A stretch of DNA of 64,000 bases from Veleropilina oligotropha (taxonomy: Eukaryota), in contig JBEUKZ010000065.1 in assembly GCA_048128005.1 (NCBI GenBank), forward strand, positions 434,001 through 498,000, written 5' to 3'. Below are positions 40,586 to 52,394 of this stretch, one piece after another. The translations under genes and the position numbers were made by a program. The first letter of the stretch is position 1; every line of letters begins with the position of its first letter. The notes beneath the pieces are model-generated. The model worked only from the letters and a program-made list of their open reading frames with translations. It was not told where the DNA came from and did not search any database.

Positions 40586-40994
40586 GTTTAAAATGAAGTG
40601 TCACCGTCACTGTTTCGTTCAGAAATGAAGCCTTGTTGTCATTAACATCTTTTATATACAAATGGATGTGGTGCAAACTACTCTGCTTCAACGGGATATA
40701 ATATGGATTTTGATATATTACAGAACTGCTATTTGTAATGCGTCTTAATAATGGCACCTCTTTGCCTCCAACAAAACTTTCTGTACATGCATCAAAATAT
40801 ACGTATAGATCTCTTCTGAATTTGGCCTTTTTCCTCGAAAATTCCGTTAATGCCACAGACCATTGACCATCAAATTTCACTTCTCTATTCAATTGCACAC
40901 GAAAATCATAGGGCGTATTTTCAAAGTAATCGGAGCTGTCAGTAGACGTCAGCACCATGCGGAGGCTCATGCTGAAATGACGCAAGCGACGCAT
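40563..40994 (-). CDS. Polinton minor capsid protein (penton/PX-like, short single jelly-roll)
   Basis: Motifs LTSTDSSDYFENTPYDFRVQL...GQWSVALTE, LYVYFD..ESFVGG..PLLR, YYIPL, IHLYIKD...VTVTLHF are typical of Polinton PX; true start may be the second Met (40970). Confidence 0.8.
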   Translation of the reverse strand: MRRLRHFSMSLRMVLTSTDSSDYFENTPYDFRVQLNREVKFDGQWSVALTEFSRKKAKFRRDLYVYFDACTESFVGGKEVPLLRRITNSSSVIYQNPYYIPLKQSSLHHIHLYIKDVNDNKASFLNETVTVTLHFKHVRKSVC

Positions 40995-41301
40995 TTTTCA
41001 CTGTATATCGACCTCTGGGATCCACGAATTGAACTTGACCGGCCAACCCATCCATTCTCAACACTTTTTCAATACGCCAGATAGCATCTGCCTCTTTATT
41101 CACTGCTTGTAATTCTTTTTCGTAGAACGTCCCGTTGATGGCCTGTACAGATGCCCGGGGTTCGTGAAGCGGTTGTGATGACACGCATATTTTTCCTTTC
41201 TCGTACGTAATTCCAGCAGTGGTACACAATAATAATAACACTATAATTCTAATTGTCCATTTCGCCTTGCCTTTCAATGTTAACGCTTCGACTTTCTCCA
41301 T
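40939..41301 (-). CDS. Chimeric ORF: hydrophobic membrane-anchor peptide fused to the integrase remnant
   Basis: ATG at 41301 (MEKVEALTLKGKAKWTIRIIVLLLLCTTAG...) reads in frame into GTFYEKELQ; function doubtful. Confidence 0.35.
   Translation of the reverse strand: MEKVEALTLKGKAKWTIRIIVLLLLCTTAGITYEKGKICVSSQPLHEPRASVQAINGTFYEKELQAVNKEADAIWRIEKVLRMDGLAGQVQFVDPRGRYTVKNASLASFQHEPPHGADVY
40998..41142 (-). pseudogene. C-terminal remnant of Polinton retroviral-type integrase (chromodomain end)
   Basis: INGTFYEKELQAVNKEADAIWRIEKVLR, then in a shifted frame WMGWPVKFNSWIPEVDIQ*; internal deletion and frameshift; catalytic core absent. Confidence 0.8.
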
Positions 41302-41333
41302 AATAATGATTCTTCTTGCTTGCGTGTAGTCTA

Positions 41334-41798
41334 TTAATACAATTCCCACACTTTTTTATTAGGGTTACATTCAGGACACTCCAAAGCACCCCATAAGTTT
41401 TGATGGTCGGCTCTTTGGTAGCAAATCACTGTATCTTTAGGCATGTTATCATTCCATTTTTTCAAATCTTCGTATTGTTCGTAGGTTATGGTAACGCCTC
41501 TTTTCGTAGGACGTAATTCTAGGGCATCTTCTGGCAACCAAAAATAACGTATATCCAAATGCGGGTACTGCTTGCTTATGCTCACATACACGTTTCCTCC
41601 TACATGATAGCGTAATGACGACAATTTTCCTTCTTCTATTTCTTTGATAGCTTCATCGAAATTCCCAAAATTATTCTTAAATAACTTCCATCGACATAGG
41701 GGAAATTCAACATATTTGTCATATTTCTTAATAATAAACGAATCCATAATTCTTTCTACCCAGCAATTTCTTCCAAGAATACATGTTGATTGCGCCAT
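41334..41798 (-). CDS. PC4/p15-like ssDNA-binding protein with C-terminal Cys/His cluster (154 aa)
   Basis: HVGGNVYVSISKQYPHLDIRYFW...RPTKRGVTITYEQYEDLK matches the PC4 signature (V.V..F.....DIR.......PTKKGI.L...QW..L); tail C..R.DHQN...CPEC; TATA box upstream. Confidence 0.75.
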   Translation of the reverse strand: MAQSTCILGRNCWVERIMDSFIIKKYDKYVEFPLCRWKLFKNNFGNFDEAIKEIEEGKLSSLRYHVGGNVYVSISKQYPHLDIRYFWLPEDALELRPTKRGVTITYEQYEDLKKWNDNMPKDTVICYQRADHQNLWGALECPECNPNKKVWELY

Positions 41799-41834
41799 GG
41801 CTTTCCTTAATATGACCTCTCCGATCCAGATGGC

Positions 41835-41842
41835 TATTTATA
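41835..41842 (-). promoter_or_regulatory. TATA box for the element-1 core gene block
   Basis: TATAAATA on the minus strand about 37 nt upstream of ATG 41798; preceded by a duplicated ATGTTACTAAAAATAGAA motif flanking TGACGTC. Confidence 0.55.
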
Positions 41843-41925
41843 CGTAAAAATGTTACTAAAAATAGAAATGACGTCGCCCATGTTACTAAAAATAGAACAT
41901 GTCCACCTTTTTTAGGCAAACTTGT

Positions 41926-42188
41926 GTAAAGTCAGTTCATATACTCCTTACCCACAAAACAGAGGCTTGGCTGTCACATATAGGAAAAAAGGGTCTTTAG
42001 GAGAAACATCTAAAATAATTGAAAAGACATTGAAAGCACCAGTGATTGTCAAACCATCGAACGAGGGACCTCCTGGATACACATATAAAATCGTTGAAAA
42101 AACATTGAAAGCACCTGTGATTGTCAAATCATCGTACAAGGGACCACCCGGAGAAAGAATTGCGACTTTTAAATGGCTACCCTATTAA
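41926..42188 (+). pseudogene. 5'-truncated mirror copy of the small basic protein gene
   Basis: Identical to 40256-40518 but the arm boundary removes the first ~22 codons. Confidence 0.7.
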
Positions 42189-42406
42189 TAATTTGCCCTG
42201 TTTGTAATGTAAAATTTTCTAGAAAGGATGTCATGTTAAGACACCTTAAGAATAAGCATGTAGATGTCGTAACAACACAATCCCCGTCTCAGTCTGCACC
42301 AAAACGTGTGCAATGTCCTACGTGCCAAGAAACATTTTCCAGAAAATATCATATGAGAGTGCATTGTCGTCGTAAACATCCACCATTTAAATGGCTTCCT
42401 TATTAA
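42173..42406 (+). CDS. Mirror copy of the two-finger C2H2 protein (one A-to-V change)
   Basis: Same 77 aa as 40038-40271; AATAAA at 42422. Confidence 0.65.
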   Translation: MATLLIICPVCNVKFSRKDVMLRHLKNKHVDVVTTQSPSQSAPKRVQCPTCQETFSRKYHMRVHCRRKHPPFKWLPY

Positions 42407-42467
42407 TAATGTAATAATATGAATAAAAATACATATTTTTGATGTTTCTTGTCTGTCTTTCTGAGCT

Positions 42468-42795
42468 CTCCACTGCCGCGGCCCCACCTCCACCCAGTTG
42501 CCTATGTTTATCAGTCACCTTCCACTGCCGCGGTCACACCTTCCACCTGCCGCGGCCCCCACCTCCACCCAGTTGCCTATGTTTATCAGTCACCTTCCAC
42601 TGCCGCGGTCACACCCTCCACTGCCGCGGACCCACCTCCACCTCCACTACTAGGTTTATCAGTCACCTTCCACTGCCGCGGTCACACCCTCCACTGCCGC
42701 GGCCCCACCTCCACCCAGTTGCCTATGTTTATCAGTCACCTTCCACTGCCGCGGCCACACCTCCACCTGCCGCGGCCCCACCTCCACCTGCCTCT
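42468..42795. repeat. GC-rich CCTCCACC/GCCGCGGC array of element 1, right arm
   Basis: Mirror of 39652-39976; followed by TATATAAAGGA at 42824. Confidence 0.9.
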
Positions 42796-45700
42796 GCAAT
42801 GTTTAACAGGCATGGTTGTCCCTTATATAAAGGACCCTTTGACAATACAGAGGTATCGGACTTCAAACAGCCTTGACTTCGCTGGTGTGACCAGTAGTGG
42901 GTTCTCCAATATTCCAAGTTATGTCACAAAGTGTGTTAATTCTTCAGGGTCTGTAAACGATTGGATCAAATGTCGAAGTTCAGACATGGTTCTGAAATTA
43001 AAATTACCACAATTATTGAAAATTCACATACATAGACGAATTGAGGTGATTTTAGACAAATAACTTGCCATAATATATACATATGGTCAAACCGAATCAA
43101 ATGACACAAATTTCAGGTCTATATGACACGGCGGTTTCGAGTTATGCCCCTTATTTAGACAAACTTGTAGGCCCTAGCCTCATAATTTTGGTGCACATTT
43201 TTTCGAATTTCTTGTTATCCTAATTTAAAATATCTAAGGGCAATATTAACCGAGTTGACCATTCCTGACCATTTTGTGGCAAATATGCCTTTTTGCTTAT
43301 GTCATTTCTGATATGTAGGATAGCTGAAGTCAAATACCAAGAACACATATTTACTGGGTGTTTTTGTATTCATGTATGTTTGAAATAACTCAATACATTT
43401 TAGTTTAGACCCATTTCCATGTACACAATAGTGCACCAAACTTCCGTTATGAAGACACATAAAACCAGATTGAAACAAGATACACTGGCTTCCTGCCTGC
43501 TAGTTACATTTGGTGAACTGAGCCTGCTCTATATGGATAATTAGTTGTCAAACACATGACGGATATGAGAAACTTCGTTATTACTACGTAACGATAGGTA
43601 TGTATATAACCCAATTATTTTATGTTTATAACTGTCAAATTGTTAACAATCATCTGCGTGGCAAATTCTACTGTGATTTGTGTGTTCTATGGCGTTATAA
43701 ACTGCCAATATATGTATGTAAAGCACATCTTCCAAGTACATTATCCGTAGGTTCGAACCAACTGTGTGGCTACCGGTCCATAACTACCATAGTACAACTG
43801 TAAAAAGTCCTCGTATTACATCGTCATTTGGATAAGAAAAATGTTCAGTCGTGTTATGTCTTTTACACTTGGATCTGTCAAATTGTTAACCACTGGTTCG
43901 AACCACCTACGTGGCTACCGACCCTAAAGCGTGTTTTCTATGTTGTTATAGAAACTACCAATATACATATGTAAAGCACATCTTCCAAGTACAGTACATT
44001 ATCCGTAGGTTCGAACCACCTGCGTGGCTACCGGTCCATAACTACCATAGTACAACTGTAATACATCGTTATTTTGATCAATACGTGTTATGTTGTTTAC
44101 GTTTCGGTACAACCGTGGGTTAGAACCATCTGGCTATCCGATGGTGGTTTTGTGGACATCGGATACTGCTAGCATCCATTCTTACATACCAAATTAGCAT
44201 CCTGTAAAACATGGCGGATTGTATATATCAGTTTGTTCTCAAAACCTGACACATGGGATTCGAACCATCTGGCTATCTGAGTATTGTGGACATCGGATAC
44301 TGCTAGCATCCATTCATTCTTACATACCAAATTAGCATCCTGTAAAACATGGCGGATTGTATATATCAGTTTGTTCTCAAAACCTGACACATGGGATTCG
44401 AACCATCTGGCTATCTGAGTATTGTGGACATCGGATACTGCTAGCATCCATTCTTACATACCAAATTAGCATCCTGTAAAACATGGTGGTTTGTGTGTTA
44501 AAACTGACCCAATCAAGTATATATGTATATCCGATATTATTGCGAGAATGAGCCGGATGTCACGCTTCCTGTAGTAGAAGCTACAATGACAGTCGCCTGC
44601 TGAATAATAGTACTGCCACAAGATACAGGATATCGCATTTCCTATAGTAAATAGCCATGTGTTGACATACTTAGTTGACATGATTTGTTTAGTGTGAAAT
44701 ATTTCCTACTACGTCACAAATACGTCACAGGTACGTGCCCATTTGAACCATCTGGCTATCTGAGTTTTGTGGACATCGGATACTGTTATCATCTGTTCTT
44801 ACATACCAAATTAGCATCCTGTAGGCTAGTCAAACGTGGTGGATTGTATATATCAGTTTGTTCTCAAAACTTGACACATGGGATTCGAACCCATTGAGAT
44901 ATGGGTAATGCTGTATGTATCTGTGTATATACCGTAGTTCAAACAATACAATATAATGTTTTAACAACCGTGGGTTCGAACCACCTGCGTGGCTACCATA
45001 TGTGGTTTGGCTTAAAACTGACAAGTGCCAATCAAGTATATACGTATATCCGATATTATTGCGAGAATGAGCCGGATGTCACGTTTCCTGTAGTAGAAGC
45101 TAGTCGCCTGCTGAAGCAGCCACAAGATATCGCATTTCCTATAGTAAATAGCCACGTGTTGACATGCTTATGATTTGTTTATTGCGAAATATTTACTACT
45201 ACGTCACAAATACGTGCACATGACATTGGGTACCTCGTCATATAGGGCACCGAATGGGTCTACCCACTATATCATAGGTGTATACAATACTACCTCGTCC
45301 TATAGGAATGGGTCTACCCACTATATCATAGGTGTACCTCGTCATATAGGGTAGGTCTACCCACTATATCATAGGTGTACCTCGTCGTATAGGAATGGGT
45401 CTACCCATGTACAGGTAATATATCATAGGTGTATACAATATTACCTCGTCATATAGGGCACCGAATGGGTATCCCTCTACCCAACGATCCCTAGAGGGAG
45501 GGAGCGGCTGACACCTACACAGGTATACACATGTATGACTCATCTGAGGCTATAATTATATAGGTATTCATAAACACATGTATGACTCATCTGACCCTAT
45601 AATTATCTAGTATACAACATAGATATGAGTCATACCTATACCTAACTACGTCACAGGTATTGCAACACACCTTGAAACATAGGTATGATGACATTTGAAG

Positions 45701-47422
45701 TCAAAGAGCCATCAGTACTACTACTGCATGTATGTATCATATACATTTATAATCTCTCCATGTAAAATGGCTACACATTATTAATATACTATTAACAGTA
45801 AATGCATGCATTATGTCGCGTATATGATAATTGACTAATTTGCTAAATTTTCTTGTCGTATAATGAGTAAATATTTCTGTTTAAAAACACCCCATACGTT
45901 AATGTAGCATATTTTAAAACGAATTCAGTGTAAAGACCATGTCATTAACTGACTGCTGATATCAAAATACAGGATAACTGTTACGATATTGTCATATGTT
46001 TAAATATCATTTTCTATCACATTTCCAACGATTTAAGCCAAAATTACCATAAATGAGGGTATCTTCGGACTCGATTTTCAAAATGTTCCCCTAAAAAGAT
46101 TTCTTAAGACTTTTGATATGTCATCGTTAGTGGTTTCGTCTATAGAATAAACAAGAAATAAATTATTTTACAATTACTTTGATGTTTGGGCCTTTTTCAC
46201 TGTATATTGACTGGCCTAGTATGTTTCTCATACCTGAGATAGACTACGGAAGTTTCCTGGGGACATCTATAGGCGTGAAAAATATTAAGTTGGGCGCCCA
46301 ACTAATTATCTTGGGCCACCAACTTAGTATCATGGGCGCCCAACATAATTATCTCGTTCCACCAAATTAATATCTTGGGCTCCCAACTTAATATTTTGTA
46401 ATGAAGAATAAATATTTCTTCCATAAGTAAGGAATTATATTTGATTGCGTCGGAAGAACAACTGCTGAGTTATTGGGATATTTGAATATGCAAGCAAACA
46501 AATATGGAAATAACTATTTCAAGATGTTTCATCTGCCCGAAAAATATCAAGCACCACATATGAGTTCCATATAGAGAAATATCAGTCTCGGGTGGGGTAT
46601 TTTTTACTAAAATAAATGTGGTGCTTGATTCTACTGATCCATATATTGAACATTTCAGAGAAGAACACACTTTCAAATTCGTTATAAATTTACCCGCGGG
46701 CAATCAATTGGCCCCGTAAATATTTCACCCTGTAGGACAAAATGGACCTTCAATGATCTTGCGCCAAGAATCAATAAATTAGATTTTGGTATTGATCCAG
46801 ATCTGGTTTATTCCATTTTATAAGAACATCACCAGGCATTAAATAATCTTGTTTTCCAGGAGTTCTACTTCAACTGGTATATTTCATGATGGAACGTGAT
46901 TGATCGAAGCATGTGTATAAATGTGACCAAATGCTATTCATCGTATGGTTTACATACTGATGACATTGGTATTTTATGCTAGGACATACTTTTCAAACGA
47001 AAAAACGTTAACAGTGTGTGAAATACATTTAAAATATATTAAAGACTAAAATACAAAAATAACTGTTTGTTATGTTTTATATTATCGCTGGGGGCGAATT
47101 TTGGTCGCACTTCATCCTGTGGGCCTTTTTGACAGGGGCCATTTTGACATACAACCGTATTTATCATGTAGCTAACTGCTTAAAATGAAACTATTGTAAT
47201 TATAATTATGTGTATCACTGCACCAGTGATTCAATCTAGACTCAAAATATCACCATCCGCACAGTCCTCTTGCTCAATATCATGTTGATAATCATGGACT
47301 ATCAAAGGATCAGGGCAGTGAACTGAGGGTGGCAGACCATTGGCCAAAGTTCATCAATATCGTTGTATGTCTTTGGCTTGAGACACTGAACGTTATCCTA
47401 GGGCGGCGAGTTTGATACAATG

Positions 47423-47592
47423 ATGTTATCAGTATTGTGTGGATTCTGGCACATCGGAAACCTCGAGTAACGTCGTAGTTTTTGCGGCGGATTAATCGCG
47501 AGAACGAAGTTCGAGCGATTTATCCGCCGCAAAAACTACGACGTCACGAGAGGTTTCCGATGTGCCAGAATCCACACAATAACTGATAACAT
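47423..47592. repeat. 170-bp near-perfect hairpin, likely a non-autonomous DNA element
   Basis: ATGTTATCAGT.ATTGTGTGGATTCTGGCACATCGGAAACCTC...GCGGCGGAT mirrored around CGAAG. Confidence 0.8.
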
Positions 47593-48502
47593 TTTTATTA
47601 TATGTAACAACAAGTTTCTTATTAAATTGAATCGAAAGATTATGGTAATTTTAGTCTCGAATCTGTAAGGGACGTTGAAATAGTAAAGGACTATATTGGA
47701 AGTAGTTCCTACGATTTGTCAGCCATTTTGAATATATAAGCAGGAGACGTTTTCCTGTGAATATATAAGTAGGAGACGTTTTCTGAATCGATATCAGCGG
47801 TGTCCGTGATACAGGGTCTCGGAAAACTGCGCGAGAATATGCGTCAGAAAACGACTGGCATATAATAAGTACGTTTATCCTGTGAGCTTTGCAAATATCA
47901 CACGAGACGAAGTCGAGTGCGATATTGTCATAGCGAACAGGAAGTCGAGTGCGATATTGTCATAGCGAACAGGATAAACGTAGGTATCAAATGAGAAGCC
48001 ACAGGGCAACATTTTTATTTTCATTTTATTTTAAAAAATATCTTACTTTTTATGCTGTCATTGCTGAACAAAGACTACGCAATGAATAACGAACGTCATG
48101 TAAAATTGCACCTTACGAGTTATGCTAAGCGCAAAATAATCTGGACGTCAAATTGACCAATCAGACGTCACGGATTTCGCGAAATGAAAATGATGTCTCT
48201 TGCCATGCTTTGCATGCCGTAAACGGTCAGATACTTTAGTATTTGTTGACGTATAGGATCTGTCCCCATGTTCACCCGAGTCAAGAACAGACAGGGTGCT
48301 CCTGACTCTGTACAAGTTATCTGTATAATGGATTCAGATCATTCGTTTGCAACATGGTGTTATTGCAACTTTAAATGTAGCAGGTTACATGTTTCTATTA
48401 AAAATGTAATCCGATGGTTTCTTGTACACGATACTTTTTCGAATGAATTCCGTGCATGGCGACTCATCAGAACAGTCCGCATAAGTAGTACTGATGATTC
48501 CA

Positions 48503-48978
48503 CACGACATGTTACGTTTTCCTATACCCACCTGCGACACATTGCGTTTTCCTATACCCACCTGCGACACATTGCGTTTTCCTATACCTTCCCTATGTAT
48601 GATTCTGGGCGACACATTGCGTTTTGCTATACCTGTGCTGTTACTGGGCGACACATTGCGTTTTCCTATACCCACATGCGACACATTGCGTTTTCCTATA
48701 CCCACATGCGACACATTGCGTTTTCCTATACCCGCCTGCGACACATTACGTTTTCCTATACCCGCCTGCGACACATTACGTTTTCCTATACCCACATGCG
48801 ACACATTGCGTTTTCCTATACCCACATGCGACACATTGCGTTTTCCTATACCCCCATGCGACACATTGCGTTTTCCTATACCCACATGCGACACATTGCG
48901 TTTTCCTATACCCCCCTCATGTACGTGCGACACATTGCGTTTTCCTATACCCACATGCGACACATTGCGTTTTGCTAT
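48503..48978. repeat. Subterminal 30-bp tandem repeat of element 2, left arm
   Basis: Unit GCGACACATTGCGTTTTCCTATACCCACAT, about 14 units. Confidence 0.95.
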
Positions 48979-49562
48979 GCGTGTATTTGACGAATCGGCG
49001 TTGAGTATGAATTACCCCGCCTAAAACGAATCAATCAAAAATTACTTATTAATGACAATTAGAAATGAGTCATCAAATGGTATACAATGTGTGGATAACC
49101 ACTCAAACACAGTTATACCCACGACAACCGTATCTAGTACAAATAAAAGATCTATACCCGTAATCAATTATTTGGATCTACGAATATACTAGCATTGAGT
49201 CAGCTTTACATCTCTACAATAGCTAAATATATTATAGATTTATCATTGATGCTTATGAATCGGTAGAAACGTAACCCCTTGGTTAATTTTAAACGTCCCG
49301 CTTTATGGGTTCCGTTAATAGCATATGGTAACTTAATCCGATACTGGCCAACACCGACAAGTTATTTTTAGCACTTATTGGTCCATCGTAATAGTAACTG
49401 ATTTCAACATAATTGAGTGGATTTAATATATTAGTCGACATTGCCTTTACAAATACGTAATATTTTATATTATATTATATTAAGCATTCACCATATGTTA
49501 AGCATACATACTCGATGAACACATAACTCGCCAAACCCATCCTTTTCTCTCTCTATCCAGTG

Positions 49563-49618
<56 letters not shown>

Positions 49619-50476
49619 CACTTGTCTTACAATGATTTCTATACGGGTGACAGGTCGTATGCTCTGGTCGTTCGATATGCATGTTAAATAACGGTTATCG
49701 GTAATGGTTATGTCTGTTAATAAGCCATAAAACCACATTAACTTGGTGTCATTGGAACGCCAACAAGATTAGACTTGCAAACTGTCTTCTCCGACGTCCG
49801 CCTGAAGGCGCAGATAACCTCGATAAAATCCAGTAATATATCCCATTCCTACTACGATATATACGTACTTCGATACAAAGTGCTCCTCCCGAAAACCGAA
49901 CAAAGCACGGACAATTGCTAGTTAGTATTATGAACGGTGCTACGTCCCGATATCTAATAGTTCTATAGGTTTTCCAACATATCAACATATTTGTAATATA
50001 ATATTAATGACATGTCTTCCATTTGATGAAAACACAGTGCATGTATGACACACACTTTTGAAATGATATTACATTGCTTAAAAGCATTTCACCATACTAT
50101 GTTTTTATTTCACATATCAATCACTTAACTAGCAAGACACAGAGTACGGTGCCCAATCAGTAAATAGCAAATTACACGGGCCACACGTTCGTAACTAACG
50201 ATACGTTATTAGTCATATTAATATATTTTATCAACTTACAGTTGTAGCCTATATTTACTCATGTGTGCCTAGTATATCACAGTTGTTCATAACTACTTAT
50301 TGTGGGTGTGTGAAGGGTATGTGATCGGAAAAGTAACAAGAAATTAGCTGATATTTTTCAGTGGTACAATCAGTGTATTTGCCATTTATTAAATAAAATA
50401 TAAGATTGAATTACAATAAATAACCATAAAACACATAAACTAGGGTTGCATCTGTTTTATTGTTCCAAAAATATAT

Positions 50477-51949
50477 TTATTCATACATATTTTCGTTGCT
50501 CTCTGTTGATTCTTCACCTTCAGAGGATGATTCTGACTGCCAATATGATTCGATTTCGGATTGACACTTTTTCACTGCTATATTAATAGAGGCTTTCGTA
50601 CCATATCCCTGTTTCAAGTAGGCATCAACTTTGCTCATGACTCGATTATGAACCCTTCCATCCCGTAATCTTTCAATGTATAGAAGAATTTGTTTATATT
50701 TATTCATAACTTGTATTAAATCTTCATGATCTATTTTATCATTAGCCTTTGTCTCTGCAATTTGTTGATTTAATCCCTGCTTGATATATTTGTCATATTT
50801 TCCTTCGAAGAATGACATATTTTGATCATGGCTTATTTTCATGAGCTCATCAAACACTTTTGATTCTTCGTCGCTTTCTTCCAACACCCCAGATGTTTGT
50901 TTTTTGGAATTCCTATGACACCAGTCTCTTACGTGCTTTTGTAATTTTGAACTATTATCAAATAATGAGCCGCAATAATTACATGATATCATGTTTTCTT
51001 CGTCATCACTGCTGCAATAATGATCAGACATTGTTTCGACCTGATTCATAGATGGATTCATATTCAGTGAATGTTCGCACAATGCACTGGGTTTGGTGAG
51101 CATCGTTTTCGGTACATTATTGGCTTCATCTCTCTCAAATACATTGGGACGAATTCTATTAATTTCATTGGTGAGCACTTTAAAATCTAATAGTATATAG
51201 CCATATGGTATCTTCGTTGCTTCGTCAAATTTTTTCATGAGATTGTCGGGATTTCTTGGGTACATTTGTCTTGCCAAATTAATAATAAGTTGCTTATCTA
51301 CTGGATTGTTGAATAATACCATGTATTGACAATTTCTTCTCTGTGTAGGGTCTTTAGAATAATACAAGTTTTGATTAATAGCTATAACTGATAGATTTCT
51401 GTGATGACTACCTTCTGTGAAGAGATCTGTTATACAAGGGTCTTTAGCAGACATCAAGTCATCCAGTACAATAACATTTCTGATTCTGGGATCGAGGAAG
51501 TCATCAGTTGCCAACTCTTGCGGTATTCCTTGAATAAATTCAATGGAAATACTAGCTTTGATGTCATCATAGAGAGGCTGCCATCTTTTGTATAACCAAA
51601 TAATTCTCTGCGGTGCTGGGAATATGCGATCATGAAGTAGTACATTTTTAACAAAGTAAGATTTTCCCGAGAATGTGGGGCCCGATACAATAAGTGTAAA
51701 GGGATGTTGTAGTTGAAATGGGTGTGTGTTGTGCAGCGACGATGGGCGGTAGTCGGTGGCAGCGGGTGGTGTCTTATCCTGCGTCAGCGGTAAATTCTGT
51801 GTCTGAGGTGATGACACAGATGGATTCTGCATCTGCGGTAATGTCGTACGTGATAATGTCATTGGTGCCGTGACATGTATTCGGTTGTAATGCCTGAGCA
51901 AGGCATCACGTCTAGACAATGATATGCTACAATCAGGACACTTATGCAT
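50477..51949 (-). CDS. A32/FtsK-like DNA packaging ATPase with N-terminal C2H2 finger (490 aa), left-arm copy
   Basis: Walker A GPTFSGKS, Walker B IVLDD, Polinton ATPase motifs HPFTLIVSG, LFTEGSHHRNLSVI..QNLY, LARQMYP, PYGYILLD; intact; ATG start preferred over the TTG at 51970. Confidence 0.93.
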   Translation of the reverse strand: MHKCPDCSISLSRRDALLRHYNRIHVTAPMTLSRTTLPQMQNPSVSSPQTQNLPLTQDKTPPAATDYRPSSLHNTHPFQLQHPFTLIVSGPTFSGKSYFVKNVLLHDRIFPAPQRIIWLYKRWQPLYDDIKASISIEFIQGIPQELATDDFLDPRIRNVIVLDDLMSAKDPCITDLFTEGSHHRNLSVIAINQNLYYSKDPTQRRNCQYMVLFNNPVDKQLIINLARQMYPRNPDNLMKKFDEATKIPYGYILLDFKVLTNEINRIRPNVFERDEANNVPKTMLTKPSALCEHSLNMNPSMNQVETMSDHYCSSDDEENMISCNYCGSLFDNSSKLQKHVRDWCHRNSKKQTSGVLEESDEESKVFDELMKISHDQNMSFFEGKYDKYIKQGLNQQIAETKANDKIDHEDLIQVMNKYKQILLYIERLRDGRVHNRVMSKVDAYLKQGYGTKASINIAVKKCQSEIESYWQSESSSEGEESTESNENMYE

Positions 51950-52394
51950 GTTTGCCCGGAGGTCCTGCAAATAGCCGTCCGACTACAAATTTCTTTCTCT
52001 CTGGTGTGCTCCTCTTTAAAACTTGTCTCAGATAGCGACTTTTTCTTTTGGGGGTTATGTCAAGTACATCATACTTTTTCACTTTTTTCAACTGGACTTT
52101 AGGTTCGTCATTCTCGGGGTTTATCGACTGACTGTCGCTTTTTCGTTTCTGAACAACTTTTATGTACGGTAAACCTTCCTCCTTTTGCCTTTCCAACTGA
52201 ACCTTTGCTCTTTCTTCCTCAGCAGCCACTGGTGATATGAGGGGAATTCTTATCACGGATGGAGTTCGATACTGACCAGCCATTCCGCGATTATATTTCA
52301 TTGTTCGTTTTTCAGGTGTTAATTTACCCGAATTGATGTCTTTGAAAACTTGGTCCCACACTTTTGGGTCACTGACATATATTGAACCTGGCAT
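51942..52394 (-). CDS. Small basic Polinton protein (150 aa), left-arm copy
   Basis: MPGSIYVSDPKVWDQVFKD...ISPVAAEEERAKVQL, K/R-rich tail; TATA 44 nt upstream; homologue in element 1. Confidence 0.75.
   Translation of the reverse strand: MPGSIYVSDPKVWDQVFKDINSGKLTPEKRTMKYNRGMAGQYRTPSVIRIPLISPVAAEEERAKVQLERQKEEGLPYIKVVQKRKSDSQSINPENDEPKVQLKKVKKYDVLDITPKRKSRYLRQVLKRSTPERKKFVVGRLFAGPPGKHA

Larger units (their letters stand above)
36710..45722. mobile_element. Element 1: non-autonomous Polinton/Maverick derivative with 3.8-kb inverted arms (36710-40518 and 41926-45722) and a 1.4-kb unique core
   Basis: Termini AGTAGTACTGATGGCTCTTT...AAAGAGCCATCAGTACTACT; mirrored ORFs (40038-40271 vs 42173-42406); Polinton-type genes in the core; no TSD visible. 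Confidence 0.85.

Noticed and set aside
36704..45731. Target-site duplication for element 1
   Set aside because: The left flank AATATA matches neither ACTGCA (end at 45722) nor GCATGT (end at 45725).
48268..49024. Repetitive ORFs (HIAFSYT, VGIGKRN, CDTLRFPIP) and their mirrors at 56639-57269
   Set aside because: Products of the 30-bp subterminal tandem repeat, open in several frames on both strands.
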